The notes below the pieces were generated by a model. It did not search any database. It worked only from the letters and a program-made list of their open reading frames with translations, and was not told where the DNA came from. From an uncultured Bdellovibrionales bacterium (lineage in GTDB: Bacteria; Patescibacteriota; Minisyncoccia; Moranbacterales; UBA2206), in assembly GCA_964387895.1 (NCBI GenBank), contig CAYLWX010000004.1:5303-69302 (forward strand): 64,000 nt of DNA, read 5' to 3'. This document shows, piece after piece, positions 1-10,080 of the stretch (position 1 is its first letter; every line of letters begins with the position of its first letter). The position numbers and the translations under genes were made by a program.

Positions 1-456
1 CCGGAATCATGAATATTGTCCTGCACTAAAAATTTACGCAGCAAATTGGCGCCGCGGGAAAATACTTTTTTACTAAGACTGTCTTTTCTCTGCCATCTCC
101 ATCCGGATACCGCGTCAAATCCTTTTTCCATTTCTTCAAGAAGAAGCTTGATGTCCTTTGGATCATTTTGAAGATCTCCGTCCATAGTAATCACCATTTC
201 TCCTCTGGCTTCTTTAATTCCGGCGTCGAACGCGGCCGTTTGCCCGAAGTTTTTGCGAAATTTTATAAGTTTTAAAGGCTTAAGGCCCTCACACTCTTTT
301 ACAGTATTATCTTTTGATCCATCATCAATGAAAAGTACTTCAAAATCTTTTCGCAATTCCCCGCATGCCTCCGTAATTCGGCGATGCAGCTCCCGCACAT
401 TCCCCTCTTCGTTATAAAGCGGCACTACGATAGACAAAAAAGGCCTTTTGGTCATA
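1..456 (-). CDS. Family 2 glycosyltransferase (polyprenol-phosphate sugar synthase, DPM1/GtrB-like); C-terminus cut off by the window edge
   Basis: Reverse translation from the ATG at 456-454 gives MTKRPFLSIVVPLYNEEGNV...FIDDGSKDNT...ITMDGDLQNDP. These are the classic GT2 N-terminal motifs (DxD-type DGD, QND). The frame stays open to position 1. Confidence 0.8.
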
Positions 457-530
457 TGATTTTTTTCAGGGTTTATACTAAATTATTATTCTTATAGTAG
501 CCTATTTTAGTTTCGCGGGCAAATAAGCGC

Positions 531-857
531 TTAAAGTTCTTTTTCCCGCCTTAATTCGTAAATTCCCATGATTACTGTCATCGCGAGAAAATAATAGGCG
601 TAAATCGCGAATTCTTCCGCTCGATCTTTTCTCTCAAGCACCAAAAGAAACGGGGTGGCCGCGAGAAAAATCAGAGCCGGAACAGCTAATATCCGACTGG
701 GAATGTATTCCAAAACAGACCAGATAAAAATTCCGAAGATTACCACTTCCACCACTTCCCAATTGAGATATACCCCGATCGCCATGCCAAATATCGTAAA
801 CGCGATATTGATGTTTCTCTCCGTAAGAATTAATTTTAAATCAATTTTTTCTTCCAT
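531..857 (-). CDS. Small integral membrane protein (3-4 TM helices), possibly DUF2304-like GT2 partner
   Basis: 108-aa ORF dominated by hydrophobic segments. It lies immediately upstream of a GT2 gene and is co-oriented with it, an arrangement typical of small membrane partners of polyprenol-P sugar synthases. Confidence 0.4.
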   Translation of the reverse strand: MEEKIDLKLILTERNINIAFTIFGMAIGVYLNWEVVEVVIFGIFIWSVLEYIPSRILAVPALIFLAATPFLLVLERKDRAEEFAIYAYYFLAMTVIMGIYELRREKEL

Positions 858-1063
858 ATACCTATAATTTGGTTAATTAAAATTATCAAAAAGACAGCAA
901 TTGTTTTTTAATAAATTCTTTAAATCGTTCTTAAATTCTTGATATTTCATTTATTTATTAAATTTAATAATCTAATGAAATTAGATCAAACATGTTTCCA
1001 TACTGTCAATCTAAAATAAGGCTTAATTATGAAACTTTTAAAGCTTCTTGACAGAATTATTCC

Positions 1064-2452
1064 CTATTTTACCAATTTATTCTTATCAACTAACACCACA
1101 TTATTTTCTTTTCTTGCTATTTTTATCATGTCTGGCGTAAAACCGCTCTTGCTAAACAAAATAAAATACTCTTTTCGATCGCCTGTTTTCCATTGAACAA
1201 AACTTGATTTCTTTTTTAGATCCAAATAAATATTAGTACCAATTGGTTTTGATGACCATTTACATTCTCCAAAAACAATTTTTTGCTCACGCTCGTTAAT
1301 TCCCATAACATCAACTTCTTTCTCTCTTTCCCACCATCTGCCAACTCTTTCGATTGGAAATAATTCCTTCTCAAAATTAAAAATTAACTCTTGACATACT
1401 TGCTCATAGACAAAAGATTCAAATACAGCAAAAGATTGATCAAATTTATCAAAAACATGGGAGTATTTTCCAATTTCCAAATCACTCTTGAAAGGAAAAA
1501 CGTATTGAAACCAAAAACGAAAAAAATTATCGGAAATTTTATATAAACCTCTTCTGGATTTTCCGGGATTTTTTTCCGTTACTGGAATTTCCTTTTCTAC
1601 CAAGTGAAGCCTTTCCAACGTTGTGAGATATTTTGTAATCACATTTTTTGCGAGTCCCGTATCATTCACAATTTCTCCAAATTTTCGCTTCCCCCATGAG
1701 ATAGCTTTAAGAATTGCAAGATAATTTTTAGGTTCACGCAGTTCCTCCTTAAGCATAAATTCAACCTCATTATGCAAAAACTCAATAGGTGAAAATATCT
1801 TTTTTTCAATATTTTCTCTGAGTGTCATATCCGCGTCAAACTGAATCAAATACGATGGCATTCCATCAGTAATTGAATAGATACTTATAAATTCATCGAA
1901 CTTTTTTTTCGGAAAAAATTTCCAACTATTCTCATAGGTCATCGGATTAACAAGTATTTGTCCTGTTCTTCTGCCAAAAAGCGGCGATTTGTGAATAAGC
2001 GTTTCCGATTCCATTATAGAAATACTTGATCCAAGCAGGATAAAAAATATTTTGCTATTTTTTAAATATTGATCCCAGCCTTTTTGGAATATAGAGCTTA
2101 TCGCGCCATGAGTTTCCACTAAGTATGGATATTCATCAATCGCAATGGCCAATGGCTCGTTTCCTTTGCTGGAAACATATTCAAAAAATTCAATCCAATC
2201 TCGAAAACCATTCCGCGCAAGTATTTTATCATTGAAATAATTACCAATAACTCTTCCCAGTTCTTTTAATTGATCAATGTGGTTTCGCTTATCGGCTAAA
2301 AAATATATAGCCGGCTTATCCTTTAGGAATTGTTTTACCAATTCTGTTTTGCCCACGCGCCTCTTCCCGTAAATAATAAAGAATTGGGATGTTTTTGTTT
2401 CCCATTTTTCATTCAAAGCCTTAAGTTCCCTAATTCTGTTAATAAATTTCAT
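1064..2452 (-). CDS. AAA+ ATPase of the archaeal-ATPase/DUF234 type
   Basis: 462 aa with a Walker A motif (GKRRVGKT) near the N-terminus. The length, downstream Walker B-like hydrophobic-DE stretch (AIAIDEYPY) and overall architecture match the ATPase + DUF234 family. Confidence 0.65.
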   Translation of the reverse strand: MKFINRIRELKALNEKWETKTSQFFIIYGKRRVGKTELVKQFLKDKPAIYFLADKRNHIDQLKELGRVIGNYFNDKILARNGFRDWIEFFEYVSSKGNEPLAIAIDEYPYLVETHGAISSIFQKGWDQYLKNSKIFFILLGSSISIMESETLIHKSPLFGRRTGQILVNPMTYENSWKFFPKKKFDEFISIYSITDGMPSYLIQFDADMTLRENIEKKIFSPIEFLHNEVEFMLKEELREPKNYLAILKAISWGKRKFGEIVNDTGLAKNVITKYLTTLERLHLVEKEIPVTEKNPGKSRRGLYKISDNFFRFWFQYVFPFKSDLEIGKYSHVFDKFDQSFAVFESFVYEQVCQELIFNFEKELFPIERVGRWWEREKEVDVMGINEREQKIVFGECKWSSKPIGTNIYLDLKKKSSFVQWKTGDRKEYFILFSKSGFTPDMIKIARKENNVVLVDKNKLVK

Positions 2453-2533
2453 ATTTATGGGATCTTTATAAATTAGTATACTTATGATTAGTATAATCTA
2501 AAGTATACTAGCTGTCAAATTTTTCTACTTCAG

Positions 2534-4735
2534 TTAAAAAATAAGTTGCCTTTTCTTCCATATAACTACAATATATCCAATTAAGCCTAAAACCGCAAAG
2601 GAGCTTATGGCCATGCCGTAATAGGCCAGTCTCATGGGATAGTATTCAATGATAATTTTTGATATTTTTTCAGGATTATCCACCTTCCATCCATTGGCAT
2701 ATCCGATAGCTTTAAAATGATCTTTCAAAGAAATTCTATTTCCCGATTGAGTGACCGCGTACGCGTCCCAATTTGGATCGTACGGCTCCGCGAAAATTAA
2801 ATTACGCGCGTCTTTTTGCAGGTTTTTTCCGTCCACTTCGTATTTTTTGGGGTTGATGATCTTAAATTCAGCGGGAGTTGAATCGTTTTTTATTTCTAAA
2901 AAATTTCTATCCACCGACCCAGAATTAGCCTCCACGTCAATCTGTTTTTGCTCCCATCTTATCAATGGAAGAAGATAGGCGCTGTCTATTTTATATAAAG
3001 TAAAGTAATCGTTTTTATCCACGGGCGTTATTATTTTTTTCTCTTCCAGCTCTTTCATTTGATCCGCGGTGTTTTCCAAAAATTGAGGATCCACGTCTTT
3101 GTGAAAGATGATATACTTCGCGTTCATAAATCCCAGCAATTTTACAACCCATTCCGGATCGCGGTCTGACTCGGAAAAATCTTTGGCAAACAGCCAGTCG
3201 TTGAAATAAAACGAATTCGCGTCAATAAATTTTTTATTGTAAAGTTCCCGCGTAATGTCCGTTCCGACCAGTTTCCATTTCGGATAATTTGACCATCCAA
3301 TGCTGTCAATTGCATTATACGGCAGCGCCGCTATTTTTACTATATCCTGATCGGAGTTTATGACTTTTTGAATATGGTAGTATTCATCAGGGATTTTTAC
3401 TAAAAAAGAATATTTAGCTTTTTGATAATCTTTCTCTTCTACCTTAATGGTATCTCGCACAAAAATGGCACTCATGTTTTGCTGCAATTTTCCTAAATAA
3501 AATGGCAATGGAGTAGCCAGGACAATAATTAAAAATAACCCGGGAATTATATTTCCATAAGCGTTAAATTTTTCTTGCGTATACAATGCCCAATTTTTTG
3601 CCGAAATAAGCAAAAGCACAGCGAATACAAAAGGAGTGTAAATAGCAAATTTTTCATACCCTCGCAAGGTATTAAACCCCCATATGTGATAGAAAAGATT
3701 GTTTATAATCTCGAAAGGCGAACGAACTTTGGCTATTAGCATAACGAGAACCAGTAGTACCGCGGAAAAGATAATAAAATATTTTTTATCCCTCTCTTCA
3801 AATCTTTTATATATAAACCAACCAGAAGCGATAAAAAACGCGGGTAGTATGCTTAAAATTATAAAAACAACCTGATACTTAAATAGAAACGCGTAAGGAA
3901 AATTATCCGGAAAATACCAATTGCTGTATTGCGAAAGACGAAAAGTATCCACTAGCGGATTAGACGTATGCTGGAGCCACCAATCAAGATCAATGATATT
4001 ACCCGAATATAAATTTTCCACACCCCCTTTCATTTGAGGAATCAGAGGCAAAATTAAATACGCCAGAACAAAGAAAGAACCTGCCGCCAGTCCACCAATT
4101 TTTTGGAAACTGATTTTATTCCATTTAAAAAATTTGAATAAACCCAATAACATTGTAAGCACGAGCAGAATGATACCGAATGAAAGCGAGAACGCCGGAT
4201 TGCCAAATCCGGAAGAAGAAAAAAAGATAGTAATTAAAAAAAGAGCGCCCCAAATATTTTTTTGGGTAGTGATGAATTTTATATAGAAAGCAACAAGAAG
4301 CGGAATGAAAATATATAAATATTGATACGCAGAATAACCCCAGCTATAAGAAAAAATATAAAGTGTATAGAGATTAAGAGCATAAAACAATGCAACTAAC
4401 ATCTTCAACAGACTACTTGTTTTTTTAAATAATATTTTGATAAATAAATAAAAAGAAGCATAGGATCCAAACAAAAATAACCCTAAATAGAAAGAGAGTT
4501 GCCTAGTATCGCCTACCCCAATTTTATCCAAAATCCAGAAAAAGGAATAAAAAATATTAAGTCTTCCTTGCCACTCGTAAAAAAAACTTTTTAAATTTTC
4601 AGATGCATGAATGAGTTGTGCCATATCCCCTCCCGTCAACACATACCCCGCTGGAAATAAATTTACAATTACCACAAAAAACAAAACGACAAAACCAGCT
4701 AAAAAAAATCCTTTTTCTTTTATAAATATTTTCAT
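2534..4735 (-). CDS. Large polytopic membrane protein, GT-C-like (YfhO/PMT-like), with a C-terminal extracytoplasmic domain
   Basis: 733 aa with about 12 predicted TM helices over the first ~430 residues and a hydrophilic ~300-aa C-terminal domain. It is translationally coupled (atga overlap at 4732-4735) to the downstream secreted protein, inside a glycosyltransferase operon. Confidence 0.4.
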   Translation of the reverse strand: MKIFIKEKGFFLAGFVVLFFVVIVNLFPAGYVLTGGDMAQLIHASENLKSFFYEWQGRLNIFYSFFWILDKIGVGDTRQLSFYLGLFLFGSYASFYLFIKILFKKTSSLLKMLVALFYALNLYTLYIFSYSWGYSAYQYLYIFIPLLVAFYIKFITTQKNIWGALFLITIFFSSSGFGNPAFSLSFGIILLVLTMLLGLFKFFKWNKISFQKIGGLAAGSFFVLAYLILPLIPQMKGGVENLYSGNIIDLDWWLQHTSNPLVDTFRLSQYSNWYFPDNFPYAFLFKYQVVFIILSILPAFFIASGWFIYKRFEERDKKYFIIFSAVLLVLVMLIAKVRSPFEIINNLFYHIWGFNTLRGYEKFAIYTPFVFAVLLLISAKNWALYTQEKFNAYGNIIPGLFLIIVLATPLPFYLGKLQQNMSAIFVRDTIKVEEKDYQKAKYSFLVKIPDEYYHIQKVINSDQDIVKIAALPYNAIDSIGWSNYPKWKLVGTDITRELYNKKFIDANSFYFNDWLFAKDFSESDRDPEWVVKLLGFMNAKYIIFHKDVDPQFLENTADQMKELEEKKIITPVDKNDYFTLYKIDSAYLLPLIRWEQKQIDVEANSGSVDRNFLEIKNDSTPAEFKIINPKKYEVDGKNLQKDARNLIFAEPYDPNWDAYAVTQSGNRISLKDHFKAIGYANGWKVDNPEKISKIIIEYYPMRLAYYGMAISSFAVLGLIGYIVVIWKKRQLIF

Positions 4736-6231
4736 TTCAATATTAATTCTTCTGTAACTTTAAAATTCCTTAGGCCAAAAAGTTTAACTTCTTTATTATC
4801 AAACTTATCATAAGTTATTTTTACATAAAGATACTTTCCAACGCCTTCGCTTGTGATAGTGCCGTTGAATTTTTGAATTGAATTTTCTTTTCCTTCTCCA
4901 GTGTATGGTAAATCTATCCAATTCTGGTTATCAAAAGAATAAGAAATAACCGCTCGATACCATCCAGCATACATTTGCTCGGCCGTTACCATTATTTTTT
5001 TTATATTATACGGAGTATAGAGTTTATACACATAACTCGCGTTGTCTTTTGGATTTCCAGAAATAATTCCTTCATAATCATTAAACCAGATATTTTTTTT
5101 GTCATAATAAAATAAATCTAACAAATCCATAAAGTTACCCCTAGATTGATATTCATAAATTCCCTCTCCTTCTCCTACGTCTTCAATTCTTGCGTCAGTC
5201 AATATTTTTTCTCCATCGACCTGATCAAATACCGGGGTGTAAATAGTAAAAAAAAGATCTCCTATATCAGCCAATATTTTTTTATGATACACCACCGCGT
5301 TTCCTTTTGGATACGCGTCTTTGTTTATGGTTCCCTTCAATTCGATGTAACTGGATCCATTATCGTCTAAAGAATTGTCTATCCCGACAAAATACAGCTG
5401 ACCTCTTTTCAACGAACTAACCAGGGGGAAAAGAGTTACCCCGGAATCATCCGTATAGCTTGCCACTTCATCCGTCGTAAAATCTCTATACGCCAGAATA
5501 TCAGAGCTTAATGAAACACTTCCATCTTTTTGAGCAACTTCCCTTAATTCCAACCTGTACTTACCGGGACCGCTTCCTCCCTTTTTAATCATAAACGAAA
5601 CTCCACTCATCAAATAGTCTTCGGCTTTGAATACTTGCCCCACTTTTGTTCCACTTTCCCGGAGCTGTAAAAAATAATTGCCCCATTCTTTTACCTGCCG
5701 CGTTTCAGACTCAATGATTTTAGTATTTCCAAGGACTACAGGTCTTAACCGATTTAACTCCGCTTCGGAGCTTACACCCAATCGGGATACCTGAATATCT
5801 TTAATAAAAATTTTAGAAGAGTCTTCCTTGTCATTTTTTTCAAATAATAAATCTTCATACGAGTCATCGGATTTAAAGACTATCTCTTTAAAAATATAAT
5901 CTCCGGATTTATTCAGGTTTTCGGAGAAAACTTTTTGCCTGCGATCAAACTTGGATATAAGAAAGATTGAAACATTAGAATCATGGCCTGATTTCCATTT
6001 AAAAGTAAGCCTGTAATAATCATTTCTTCTTGAATTTATAAAATCATTTACTTTGTACTCTTTCTCATCTTTGTCTATTTCTGGCTTCGCTTTATTTTGG
6101 ATGTTTAAGATTTTACCATTATTATTACTATCTTCAATTTTAGGTGGTTTTTTCCCGGACAATACAGCGCCAATTATGATTATTAGCACAAGCGGATATT
6201 TCAAATATTTTTTTATAAATAATTTATTCAT
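4732..6231 (-). CDS. Secreted or membrane-anchored hypothetical protein
   Basis: 499 aa. The N-terminal hydrophobic signal/anchor is MNKLFIKKYLKYPLVLIIIIGAVLSG. The rest is hydrophilic and rich in Asn, Asp and Lys. It overlaps its neighbours, consistent with an operon. Confidence 0.5.
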   Translation of the reverse strand: MNKLFIKKYLKYPLVLIIIIGAVLSGKKPPKIEDSNNNGKILNIQNKAKPEIDKDEKEYKVNDFINSRRNDYYRLTFKWKSGHDSNVSIFLISKFDRRQKVFSENLNKSGDYIFKEIVFKSDDSYEDLLFEKNDKEDSSKIFIKDIQVSRLGVSSEAELNRLRPVVLGNTKIIESETRQVKEWGNYFLQLRESGTKVGQVFKAEDYLMSGVSFMIKKGGSGPGKYRLELREVAQKDGSVSLSSDILAYRDFTTDEVASYTDDSGVTLFPLVSSLKRGQLYFVGIDNSLDDNGSSYIELKGTINKDAYPKGNAVVYHKKILADIGDLFFTIYTPVFDQVDGEKILTDARIEDVGEGEGIYEYQSRGNFMDLLDLFYYDKKNIWFNDYEGIISGNPKDNASYVYKLYTPYNIKKIMVTAEQMYAGWYRAVISYSFDNQNWIDLPYTGEGKENSIQKFNGTITSEGVGKYLYVKITYDKFDNKEVKLFGLRNFKVTEELILK

Positions 6232-8905
6232 GTCGCTTTAAAACCCTTAAGTTCTTAACAATAACATACCATAAACAAACTATTAAGGTGCTAAAAGAAA
6301 CAAGAGTTGCAAAGTAAAAATATTTTTGGGGAGTAAAGAAAATAACTAATTTTAAATCATATGTTCCATCAGTGTTTACTTTGCATGAAGAAGGATGGCT
6401 TTTGCATATAGCCTCTGGATTTACTACGAATAAATTTGAATACCCATTCGCGTAAAAGTGATCCGTGTCTATTTTGCTTCCCATAAGAACTCCAAATAAA
6501 GAACTCGCTTTCAAATTATCATTTTGTATTGATTTAGAATATTCTTTTGAAATAAATTTATTTCCTATGCTAGAAATTTTACTATCTTTTTCATATTGTT
6601 CCGCTTCTTTTTCTGACGCTTGTCTCGAAAAACAATCAGTCGCATCCTCTAAGCAATTATAACCATTTGTCTTATCTTCAAAAAAACCTAAATCGGAGCT
6701 ATAAATATTCCATCCATTGTCATAAGTTTCACTAAAAATAATTGGAACGCTACTAGCACTGGCCCCATGCAAAAATACCTCATACTTGATTGGAGATGTC
6801 TTTTTAAACTCAATATTGGCTCGATTAAGCTCGCTATCATATATAGACATATCTTCAAAATCATTATTTTGATTTACTTCAGAAGAATTGTTTTTTACTG
6901 CCTGTATTTTGGGAGAATCTATCGGAGACGCGTAATCAAGAGAGAGCGAATTTTTATAATTAAAAAGAATTTTTTTCTCGTTTTTTAATGGGAAATTAAA
7001 ATTATTTTTATTTTGTTCCTCAAAAATTATGCCCAAGTCTTTGGTTTTTTCACTATGTAATAATTCCGAAATAATAAATGGTGAATTGGTGGTTAAGCTA
7101 TGATTAGGCGTATCGCGTTTTATAAATTTAATATTTGCAGGAGAAAAAATTTGTTGGTTAAAATATTTATCAGGTATCTCATAGAGATAAATATCTCCAA
7201 ACCTTGCCACTTCTTTAAAAAATGATCCCCCACCCTTTATATTGGATTCGGTGGTTATTCTGGTGCCTTCATTAAAATCCAAAAATGAATCAATATCATC
7301 TTGCAATGAAACAAAGCCAACATTTTTAAAAGAAAAAAGATACCCCAATTTATCAAAATTCTGATTTATAATAAAAGAAGTGGCTAAATTATTATAATTT
7401 TGCCATTCCTGATCCTGCGTGTATGAAGCGCCATTAGTAAATACTCTGCCATTATAAAAAAGGGGGAAGATATTTTCAGTATCCTTTTCTTTAGTTCTCC
7501 ATTTATATGTTACCAGCCAATTTGTTTGAGGCGCTATCATAGTATTAGCATTCAGCGGCTGTATAAATTTATCTCTCATTTCAAAGTAATAGTTAGGCAC
7601 CTTTTCCTGTAGTAAGAATTTATTTTTCATTTCAGGAGTATAGTAAATAATAATCGGAAAAATTACTAGGATCGCCGAAGCAATTTTTATATACCGTTTA
7701 TTAGTACAAGTAATTAAACATAAGAGGAAAACCCCTAAAAGATAAGAAACTGCGTACAGATTAATAAACATTAACTTAGTGAAAGTTCTGAAAGTTTGCG
7801 CCAGTGGTACGTAATTCCAAAATAACAAAAATACCCTTTCAAATGGAGCCTTATTGCCATTTAAAACTGGGAACGTGATGATAAATAATAATAAACAAAA
7901 AAAAATTCCCTTTTTATATTTTTTCTCCTTATTTATAAAAATACTGGAAAAGGCAGCAATCGCAACAATATAACTGGAAAATAATAAAATTATATTGGTG
8001 TTATAATAAGCTAAAGGAGATTCGCCGCTACCGAAATAATAAGGTACAATCCTAAAAAAATTGACGACATTAGTTAGCTTAGTAATCAGGTTGGCGACAT
8101 CAATGCTGGCAGTAGATTGTATAGCTGTATCAAAGAAATTTCCTGAACTACCCAACATTTGGTAAACCAAAAGGTATATCCAGGAAATATTAAGCAAGAT
8201 ATAACAAAAACTGAGTGCCAAAAAATTTTTAAATAAAAAAACTTTATTACGATAAATATGCCTGAAATTAAATAAAAGAAAAAAAGGAAGCATGTATAGA
8301 TATAAAAAGAAGTTTTGGAGGTATATATTTGCCAAAGTGATAAATATACTCGCAATTATCACCCTCTTCCACATTATTTCTTTTTTTTGGTTGGAAAAAA
8401 ATACATCATACAGGTAGATAAAAGAAAAATTTATAAAAGCAAGAGAATAAATCAGCAATATGCCGCTATAGTACGTATGAGTAATAGGACTGACCAATGC
8501 GAATATCCCAATTACAAAAGCAATGAAATCGTTCTTGAATATTTTCTTATAGAAATAAAAAAACGACAAAGAAAAAAGATAAAAACCAAGGAAAGAATAA
8601 AAATAACTGTGCAGATTTAAGTTGAAAATAAAGCGGCTGGCAATGATAAAAAACGAAAAGATATAATTCTGAAAGATTCCATAATTAGTCGCTCCGCTAT
8701 TGTACAAATCGCTCCATATAGCAAGCGATCCATATACTTTTTCTGGATAAAATATATAGGATGTTTGCACATCCCCAAAATACAGAAGTCCTTTTCCCGG
8801 CACCCCCCATATAACAAAACAAAATCCGAATAGTATAATAGGATAAATCCAAGCAGTTTTTTCTTTAAGAAAAGATTTTATTATAATGAATTTATCCCTT
8901 ATCAT
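6224..8905 (-). CDS. Large polytopic membrane protein, GT-C-like; paralogous in architecture to 2534..4735
   Basis: 893 aa. The N-terminal ~480 aa contain many TM helices; the C-terminal ~400 aa are hydrophilic (Asn/Ser-rich). Its last two predicted helices are near the C-terminus. It overlaps the GT4 gene start at 8902-8905. Confidence 0.4.
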   Translation of the reverse strand: MIRDKFIIIKSFLKEKTAWIYPIILFGFCFVIWGVPGKGLLYFGDVQTSYIFYPEKVYGSLAIWSDLYNSGATNYGIFQNYIFSFFIIASRFIFNLNLHSYFYSFLGFYLFSLSFFYFYKKIFKNDFIAFVIGIFALVSPITHTYYSGILLIYSLAFINFSFIYLYDVFFSNQKKEIMWKRVIIASIFITLANIYLQNFFLYLYMLPFFLLFNFRHIYRNKVFLFKNFLALSFCYILLNISWIYLLVYQMLGSSGNFFDTAIQSTASIDVANLITKLTNVVNFFRIVPYYFGSGESPLAYYNTNIILLFSSYIVAIAAFSSIFINKEKKYKKGIFFCLLLFIITFPVLNGNKAPFERVFLLFWNYVPLAQTFRTFTKLMFINLYAVSYLLGVFLLCLITCTNKRYIKIASAILVIFPIIIYYTPEMKNKFLLQEKVPNYYFEMRDKFIQPLNANTMIAPQTNWLVTYKWRTKEKDTENIFPLFYNGRVFTNGASYTQDQEWQNYNNLATSFIINQNFDKLGYLFSFKNVGFVSLQDDIDSFLDFNEGTRITTESNIKGGGSFFKEVARFGDIYLYEIPDKYFNQQIFSPANIKFIKRDTPNHSLTTNSPFIISELLHSEKTKDLGIIFEEQNKNNFNFPLKNEKKILFNYKNSLSLDYASPIDSPKIQAVKNNSSEVNQNNDFEDMSIYDSELNRANIEFKKTSPIKYEVFLHGASASSVPIIFSETYDNGWNIYSSDLGFFEDKTNGYNCLEDATDCFSRQASEKEAEQYEKDSKISSIGNKFISKEYSKSIQNDNLKASSLFGVLMGSKIDTDHFYANGYSNLFVVNPEAICKSHPSSCKVNTDGTYDLKLVIFFTPQKYFYFATLVSFSTLIVCLWYVIVKNLRVLKRHE

Positions 8906-10080
8906 AGTCGTTCATAAAAGCTTGCAAGAACTCCCCCTAAAGTATTCCATGCAAGATCTTTTTTTGCTTTTTTCATTTTTTCTCTAATTTCTCTCTGTTT
9001 TTGAGGATTATTTAAAAAGCTAACCACCCTATTCGCCAGATCGTCAAGGCTGGAACCAATGATGGCACATTCATGCTTTCGCAAAATACGACAGGCTTCC
9101 GTATCAGTATTATTAGTCATTATAGGAACTCCTCCATTTATAAATGTTCCGAGACGCGTAGGAAAACAGGCTTTTTCAAGAGTTGAATCTCCCATAGTAA
9201 AGAGAATGCAGTCCGCCGCCCCAAGATACAATGATAGTTTCTCTTTATCCAAATAGCCAATGTTAGTTATTTTTGAAAACATTTCAGACCTGAATTTCTC
9301 TCCTTTTGCCTGTTCCTTAATTATTTTTTTAGGATCATTGTTGAAATAAAGATCGATTGTGCTATCCATAAGGTTGATCTTTTCAAAAACACGAAACAGA
9401 TAAATGGTCCGTTCGCGAAAGAAAGTATTGCCAAAAGTCAAAATAATTTTTTTATCATCGGGAAGACCTAGTCTTGTACGCGCTTCCCTTCGTTCCATAG
9501 GAGTAAATTGCTCTTCGTATATACCATTAATGATTTTCAGCCTGTTTTTTATTCCTATTTTTTCAAGTTCCTTCATAAGAAAATCACTTGTCGCCGTGGC
9601 ATTTTTGGAAAGCTTTTGGAGATGATATTCACAGAACTTGAGATAAGCACGAACCAATGGGTTATTATACGCCGGTACATGGATATGGGCGTCCGTCCAA
9701 TAGTCATCCCAATCTACAACAATTCTTTTTTTTAGCATAGTCGCTAAAAGAAAAGGAATATTTGATTCCATCTGAACAATAGTAAAGGAGTGGATAATAT
9801 AGTATTTTTTAAAAAGAACAAAAAAAGTAGCAATAATACCACGCATAATCCGCCCTGTGAGGAAGTGATTTATTTGGATTCTGGGCAATTCATATTGCCA
9901 GAGATTTTCATTGATCTTAGTTTTTCGGATTCTCAGATCAAATTTTCTCGGGCTTGAGACTAAAAGATCCACATGGTAACCTCTCTGTGACATTGCCCGC
10001 GCTAAACCAATAGCCCGGATATACCCGCCAAAATCAACGTAACATGGTTCAATAAAAAGTATCCTTTTTTTATTGGTCAT
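8902..10080 (-). CDS. GT-B fold glycosyltransferase (GT4/GT1-like)
   Basis: 392 aa. Two-domain GT-B-like pattern, starting MTNKKRILFIEPCYVDFGGYIRAIGLARAM and with a C-terminal region rich in Gly/Glu motifs typical of retaining GT4 enzymes. Embedded in the GT operon. Confidence 0.55.
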   Translation of the reverse strand: MTNKKRILFIEPCYVDFGGYIRAIGLARAMSQRGYHVDLLVSSPRKFDLRIRKTKINENLWQYELPRIQINHFLTGRIMRGIIATFFVLFKKYYIIHSFTIVQMESNIPFLLATMLKKRIVVDWDDYWTDAHIHVPAYNNPLVRAYLKFCEYHLQKLSKNATATSDFLMKELEKIGIKNRLKIINGIYEEQFTPMERREARTRLGLPDDKKIILTFGNTFFRERTIYLFRVFEKINLMDSTIDLYFNNDPKKIIKEQAKGEKFRSEMFSKITNIGYLDKEKLSLYLGAADCILFTMGDSTLEKACFPTRLGTFINGGVPIMTNNTDTEACRILRKHECAIIGSSLDDLANRVVSFLNNPQKQREIREKMKKAKKDLAWNTLGGVLASFYERL

